Shown here: in pieces, positions 58,601 to 64,000 of the stretch
Layout: each line of letters opens with the position of its first letter
Position numbering within the stretch: position 1 is the first letter of the stretch
Origin: Macrostomum hystrix
Taxonomy: Eukaryota > Animalia > Platyhelminthes
DNA: 64,000 nt
Direction of reading: 5' to 3'
Assembly: GCA_950097015.1 (NCBI GenBank)
Contig: CATNEN010000029.1
Location: 4,588,001 to 4,652,000 of the forward strand
Made by a program: the position numbers and the translations under genes
The notes under the pieces: generated by a model
Database searches by the model: none
What the model saw: the letters and a program-made list of their open reading frames with translations, nothing else
Told to the model about the DNA's origin: nothing

Positions 58601-61600
58601 AGAAGGCTGCGTACGGCAGCTCAGTGTATGGACTGGAGGGACGCCAAACCCACCCTTAATTACCCTCAGCTATTGCAGGTAACATTTAAATAGGTGGGTG
58701 ATCTTTACAGTCGTGAGTATAGCTATATCTGAGAGGGCTGATTGACAGAGCGATTAATGCGTTTGCCTCTCGAAACCAAGGTCCCTGAGCTCGATTCCGT
58801 GGCGAGGCCACATTTATTTGGGGCGCAGCCTGCGAGAGAAGGCTTGGGGGCTTGTCGTGCAATTTACGTCCTTGATGGCCAACCTCCAAGGCACAGTGAG
58901 AGTGTACACTGCCTGACGATGTCAGGGCAGATGTACGCAACCTGTGTGAGCGTATGCCTGCGTACAGTATCCGTGTACGTGTGTGCTCAGGAGTCAGCGA
59001 AATGGGCAGAATTGCCTCCTCGCTGGCTGCTGGTCTAGTGTCACCAAATGATGTGCCATTGCCCGCAGCCCTCCTGCAATTATTATCATTATAGCTTTAT
59101 AAGTAGCTGTATAGCTGCCACACATTCCAATGAATAAGTAGACTCAGCTTCTGTGAACTATCCCCAGGGCACATCCGGTGCTGCTGATGCGCTAGTCTTC
59201 GCTCTAGAATTCAGCCTGCTAGACAGCGCGCCAGCGGATAAGAAAGACGCAGCGGACAGCGAGGAGGCAAAAGAGGCGGCTCTGCTGGTCAGGTGAGTCA
59301 ATTTTTGTTATTTAAAGGTTTTTTAAATACAAGCTAAAAGGGCAAGTACCAAGATATCATAAAAGTACATGCTGAAAGTACAAATTAAAAGTACAACACT
59401 GCGTGTAAGTAACACTTTTAGTTTTGTACTTTTACCTACACTTAAAGTACAAGTAAAAGTAAACATGGTCAACAGCTTTCGATTTTATGAGCGGCTTTGT
59501 CGAAACCATTTTCTCGCAGGTTGACACAAATCTGTCAGGAATCATTCAATGGTGATTGCGATCAATCCGAAGTTAATATGCTACACCGAATCCTCAGGGA
59601 CTGCTCGGGACTGATTGAAATTTTCGACATGGAAGACGACTTTGATTTGGACGGCAAAATGATTGCCTCGCTGCTAAGCAGTGGTTTGTAGAGATTTTTA
59701 CTGCTTTTAATACAGCAGCAACCGACATTTATTCATTTCCTTCATTCCTTCCTTCCATGCTTCCTTCCTCGCTTCCTTCCTTCCTTCCTTTCTCGCTTCC
59801 ATCCTTCCTTCCTTCCTTCCTTCCTTCCTTCCTTCCTCGCTTCCTTCCTTCCTTCCTTCCTTCCTTCCTTCCTCGCTTCCTTCCTTCCTTCCTTCCTTCC
59901 TTCCTTCCTTCCTTCCTTCCTTCCTCGCTTCCTTCCTTCCTTCCTTCCTTCCTTCCTTCCTTCCTCGCTTCCTTCCTTCCTTCCTTCCTTCCTTCCATCC
60001 ATCCATCCTTCCTTCCTTCCATCCATCCATCCTTCCTTCCTTCCTTCCTTCCTTCCTTCCTTCCTTCCTTCCTTCCATCCATCCATCCTTCCTTCCTTCC
60101 TTCCATCCATCCATCCTTCCTTCCTTCCTTCCTTCCTTCCTTCCTTCCTTCCTTCCTTCCATCCATCCATCCTTCCTTCCTTCCTTCCTTCCTTCCTTTC
60201 TTCCTTCCTTCCTTCCATCCATCCATCCTTCCTTCCTTCCATCCATCCATCCATCCTTCCTTCCTTCCTTCCTTCCTTCCTTCCTTCCTTCCTTCCTTCC
60301 TTCCTTCCTTCCTTCCTTCCTTCCTTCCATCCATCCATCCTTCCTTCCTTCCATCCATCCATCCATCCTTCCTTCCTTCCATCCATCCATCCATCCTTCC
60401 TTCCTTCCTTCCTTCCTTCCATCCATCCTTCCTTCCATCCATCCATCCTTCCTTCCTTCCTTCCATCCATCCATCCTTCCTTCCTTCCTTCCTTCCTTCC
60501 TTCCTTCCTTCCTTCCTTCCATCCATCCATCCTTCCTTCCTTCCATCCATCCATCCATCCTTCCTTCCTTCCTTCCATCCATCCATCCTTCCTTCCTTCC
60601 ATCCATCCATCCATCCTTCCTTCCTTCCTTCCTTCCTTCCATCCATCCATCCTTCCTTCCTTCCATCCATCCATCCTTCCTTCCTTCCTTCCTTCCTTCC
60701 TTCCTTCCTTCCTTCCTTCCATCCATCCATCCTTCCTTCCTTCCTTCCTTCCTTCCTTCCTTCCTTCCTTCCTTCCTTCCATCCATCCATCCTTCCATCC
60801 ATCCATCCTTCCATCCATACATCCATCCTTCCTTCCATCCATCCATCCTTCCATCCATCCATCCATCCTTCCTTCCATCCATCCATCCTTCCATCCATCC
60901 ATCCATCCTTCCATCCATCCATCCATCCTTCCTTCCTTCCATCCATCCATCCTTCCTTCCTTCCTTCCTTTCTTCCTTCCTTCCTTCCTTCCTTTCTCGC
61001 TTCCATCCTTCCTTCCTTCCTTCCTTCCTTCCTTCCTTCCTTCCTTCCTTCCTTCCTTCCTTCGTCCTTCCTTCCTTCCTTCCTTCCTTCCTTCCATCCA
61101 TCCATCCTTCCATCCATCCATCCTTCCATCCATCCATCCATCCTTCCTTCCATCCATCCATCCTTCCATCCATCCATCCTTCCATCCATCCATCCATCCT
61201 TCCATCCATCCATCCTTCCTTCCTTCCTTCCTTCCTTCCTTCCTTCCATCCTTCCTTCCTTCCTCGCTTCCTTCCTTCCTTCCTTCCTTCCTTCCTTCCT
61301 TCCTTCCTTCCTTTCTCGCTTCCTTCCTTCCTTCCTTCCTTCCTTCCTTCCTTCCTTTCTTTCTTCCTTCCTTCCTTCCTTTCTCGCTTCCATCCTTCCT
61401 TCCTTCCTTCCTTCCTTCCTTCCTTCCTTCCTTCCTTCCTTCGTCCTTCCTTCCTTCCTTCCTTCCTTCCTTCCATCCATCCATCCTTCCATCCATCCAT
61501 CCTTCCATCCATCCATCCTTCCATCCATCCATCCATCCTTCCTTCCATCCATCCATCCTTCCATCCATCCATCCTTCCATCCATCCATCCTTCCTTCCTT

Positions 61601-64000
61601 CCTTCCTTCCTTCCTTCCATCCTTCCTTCCTTCCTTCCTTCCTTCCTTCCTTCCTTACTTCCTTCCTTCCTTCCTTCCATCCTTCCTTCCTTATTCGTGA
61701 GTTCATTCTTAAAGGGACACAGATATTCATAAGAAACCGCACGGCACTTCAGCTGGAAGCGACAGTCCCGAGAACCAGCTGAACCTACAGCAGCTGAAGA
61801 TTGCACTGGCACTAAATCGAGCCGACATCGCGAGGGAGAAAGTTTTTCTAGAGAATAAAAAGTGGAAGGTGATTGATAAATATGGCCGCTTCTGTATGAA
61901 CCGAAATATTATATTCTTCTATGTGTAGCTATATGTACTATGATTCACTACAACTAGCAATACACTAGCAATTTATCTTCCTGCTGGGCACATGGTTAGT
62001 TTATATCGTAAATCAAATGCCTAATTATCCACTGAAAATCTGCCTAGTTGAAACCCTTAATTTATCCAAGGGATTCGAGATTTATCTCCTAATCAGGGGA
62101 CGCAATCAACCTCAACAATTATCCCTTAATTTATCCTCAAATTTTAGAAAGGCGACCTGCAGGACTGCATGTACCAGGCTCTGATGGAGGATAGACAGGG
62201 TTTTGTAAGCTTGTTCCTTGAGCAGGGCTTCTCATTAGAGGACTTTCTAACCGTAAACACTATGGAGAAACTGTACACCGATCAGCTGAAACGATCGGTA
62301 ATGACCTGATCTCATGCACTCATGACTATAATTGACCATCTGACCTGTTAGACATGTTAGAATCCTGTCCAAAGGTCAGAACTCTCACCTGTTAGACATG
62401 TTAGAATGCACTGAACAGGTCAGAACTCACACCTGTTAGACATGTTAGAATGCACTGAACAGGTCAGAACTCTCACCTGTTAGACATGTTAGAATACACT
62501 GAACAGGTCAGAACTCTCACCTGTTAGACATGTTAGAATGCACTGAACAGGTCAGAACTCACACCTGTTAGACATGTTAGAATGCACTGAACAGGTCAGA
62601 ACTCACACCTGTTAGACATGTTAGAATGCACTGAACAGGTCAGAACTCTCACCTGTTAGACATGTTAGAATGCACTAAACAGGTCAGAACTCATACCTGT
62701 TAGACATGTTAGAATGCACTGAACAGGTCAGAACTCACACCTGTTAGACATGTTAGAATACACTAAACAGGTCAGAACTCACACCTGTTAGACATGTTAG
62801 AATGCACTGAACAGGTCAGAACTCTCACCTGTTAGACATGTTAGAATGCACTGAACAGGTCAGAACTCACACCTGCTAGACATGTTAGAATACACTGAAC
62901 AGGTCAGAACTCACACCTGTTAGACATGTTAGAATACACTGAACAGGTCAGAACTCACACCTGTTAGACATGTTAGAATACACTGAACAGGTCAGAACTC
63001 ACACCTGTTAGACATGTTAGAATACACTGAACAGGTCAGAACTCACACCTGTTAGACATGTTAGAATGCACTGAACAGGTCAGAACTCTCACCTGTTAGA
63101 CATGTTAGAATGCACTGAACAGGTCAGAACTCACACCTGCTAGACATGTTAGAATGCACTGAACAGGTCAGAACTCTCACCTGTTAGACATGTTAGAATG
63201 CACTGAACAGGTCAGAACTCACTCAGAACTCACAAAGGACTCAAAGCACATTGGCTTTAAGCCAATCAAATGCTAACAAAAGACATTTCCTATTCATTTC
63301 CCGGTTCCAGAACTCCAAGGCGGCCATCTTCCATCAGCTGTGGGAGCATCATCACCGCTCGCATCGGGTAGGTTCGGGATTTATTTCCCCAATAAATATT
63401 CCTCCCCTAGCTAGCAATAGTGCCAACTTTCTCATTTCCGGAAGCCTTCTCTGTTGACCATCATGGGAGGTAATTTTTGGCTCCTCACACCGAGTGATCA
63501 GTGGCAAACAGTGTCTATTCGAGAGACAACTTTTGCTTTTTGTCTTGTCAGAAAGTTGCAAGGTCATTCTGTTGCCGAAGATTATGATAAATTTTTGTGT
63601 CCCGAGTACAAACTTTCATAAGCCTTCATAAGCTTTGGTTGCTCAAACTCACTATCCCTGTTCATCTACATCACTCCCAGCATCCATCCTTACAATTTTC
63701 CCAACATCTCTCTATATGCCTCCCTACATTCTCCTTGCGTTCTTCTCTATATATTTTCCTTCATCACTTCCTACATATTTTTTCTTATATCCTCTCTAAA
63801 TCCTCTCTAAATCTTCTCTAAATCCTCTCTAAATGCTCCCTACATTCTCCCTACATCATCCCTACATCTCTCCGTACGTCTCTATGGCAGAGCGGCCGGA
63901 AGGTGCGGCTACGAGAGGTCGGCAAGGTGATCAAGATTCTAGCGGGCGACTTCTATCAGCCTCTATACACTAAGAAGGATTTTGAGAAGAACTACACTAG
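52601..64000 (+). CDS. TRPM: TRPM cation channel, N-terminal MHR/SLOG region, continuing past the window end; exons 52601-52817, 54436-54610, 56650-56813, 58113-58388, 59168-59292, 59520-59683, 61723-61868, 62148-62297, 63311-63367, 63891->64000
   Basis: ICRCG..H...[16 protein letters not shown]|FVRLS...[15 protein letters not shown]...[20 protein letters not shown]...[11 protein letters not shown]...[10 protein letters not shown]...GTSGAAD...[11 protein letters not shown]...[19 protein letters not shown]...[20 protein letters not shown]...FLT...LY...[10 protein letters not shown]. Splice phases consistent. Confidence 0.93.
53130..53395. repeat. 45-bp minisatellite (TTCTATGGCACTAACCTGCCAATCGAAAGTGCAGCCCCAACTTTA)
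   Basis: Direct repetition. Confidence 0.94.
53918..54388. repeat. 19-bp minisatellite (TTAGATATCTGGGTAGCTG) with 76-bp (4-unit) higher-order repeats
   Basis: TAGATATCAG at 53921 and 53997; the right part is monomeric. Confidence 0.93.
54625..55035. repeat. 21-bp minisatellite (ACAGATCTACCCACACTCCTG)
   Basis: Direct repetition. Confidence 0.93.
55545..56170. repeat. 17-bp minisatellite (ATCGATAATTCACCCAA), array 1
   Basis: Direct repetition. Confidence 0.93.
56885..57995. repeat. 17-bp minisatellite of the same family, array 2
   Basis: Direct repetition, with GTCGATAGTCTAACCA variants. Confidence 0.93.
58528..58655 (-). mobile_element. SINE family A, diverged 3' fragment
   Basis: AGATGTGCAGCCGACAGC...GGCTGCGTACGGC...TGGACTGG matches the other A copies. 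Confidence 0.72.
58731..59092 (+). mobile_element. SINE family B, near full length, ATT tail
   Basis: Degenerate tRNA head (GACAGAGCGATTAA...GAGCTCGATTCC), shared body, CTGCAATTATTATCATT tail. Confidence 0.87.
59740..61692. repeat. ~1.95-kb (TTCC)n/(ATCC)n compound microsatellite filling a TRPM intron
   Basis: Direct repetition; source of the 619-701 aa spurious ORFs. Confidence 0.98.
62342..63230. repeat. 44-bp minisatellite (CCTGTTAGACATGTTAGAATGCACTGAACAGGTCAGAACTCACA)
   Basis: Period 44 measured between 62388 and 62432. Confidence 0.96.

Noticed and set aside
59707-61812. ORFs of 619-701 aa on both strands
   Set aside because: Translations of a TTCC/ATCC microsatellite inside a TRPM intron; no stop codons are possible in these units.

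Overview
Eukaryotic (animal) genomic DNA with spliceosomal GT-AG introns, GC-rich exons, and introns packed with minisatellites (about 30 arrays, roughly 30% of the window by my rough sum). The style suggests an invertebrate such as a Macrostomum-type flatworm; this is inference only. I could reconstruct four protein-coding genes exon by exon with consistent splice phases: (1) a Mad/Mxi1 (MXD)-family bHLH-ZIP repressor (minus, 8001-17049); (2) V-ATPase subunit B (minus, 22136-42024), with a 1-bp frameshift and three substitutions in a normally invariant stretch; (3) a tetraspanin (minus, 47278-50539); (4) the N-terminal half of a TRPM channel (plus, about 51707/52601 to beyond 64000), with a 7-bp duplication that breaks the frame. 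There is one tRNA-Leu(CAG). Mobile DNA comprises two truncated non-LTR retrotransposons, a hAT-type MITE inserted at the YxDD motif of one of them, a CACTA/EnSpm-like non-autonomous element carrying a minisatellite, and several copies of two tRNA-headed SINE families. Most long ORFs in the track are translated tandem repeats, not genes. I found no CRISPR array or prokaryote-type system. The most interesting signals are inverted 22-bp arrays bracketing one V-ATPase exon, minisatellite-carrying TIR elements, apparent gene decay, and an HDV-ribozyme-like motif in a SINE (speculative).
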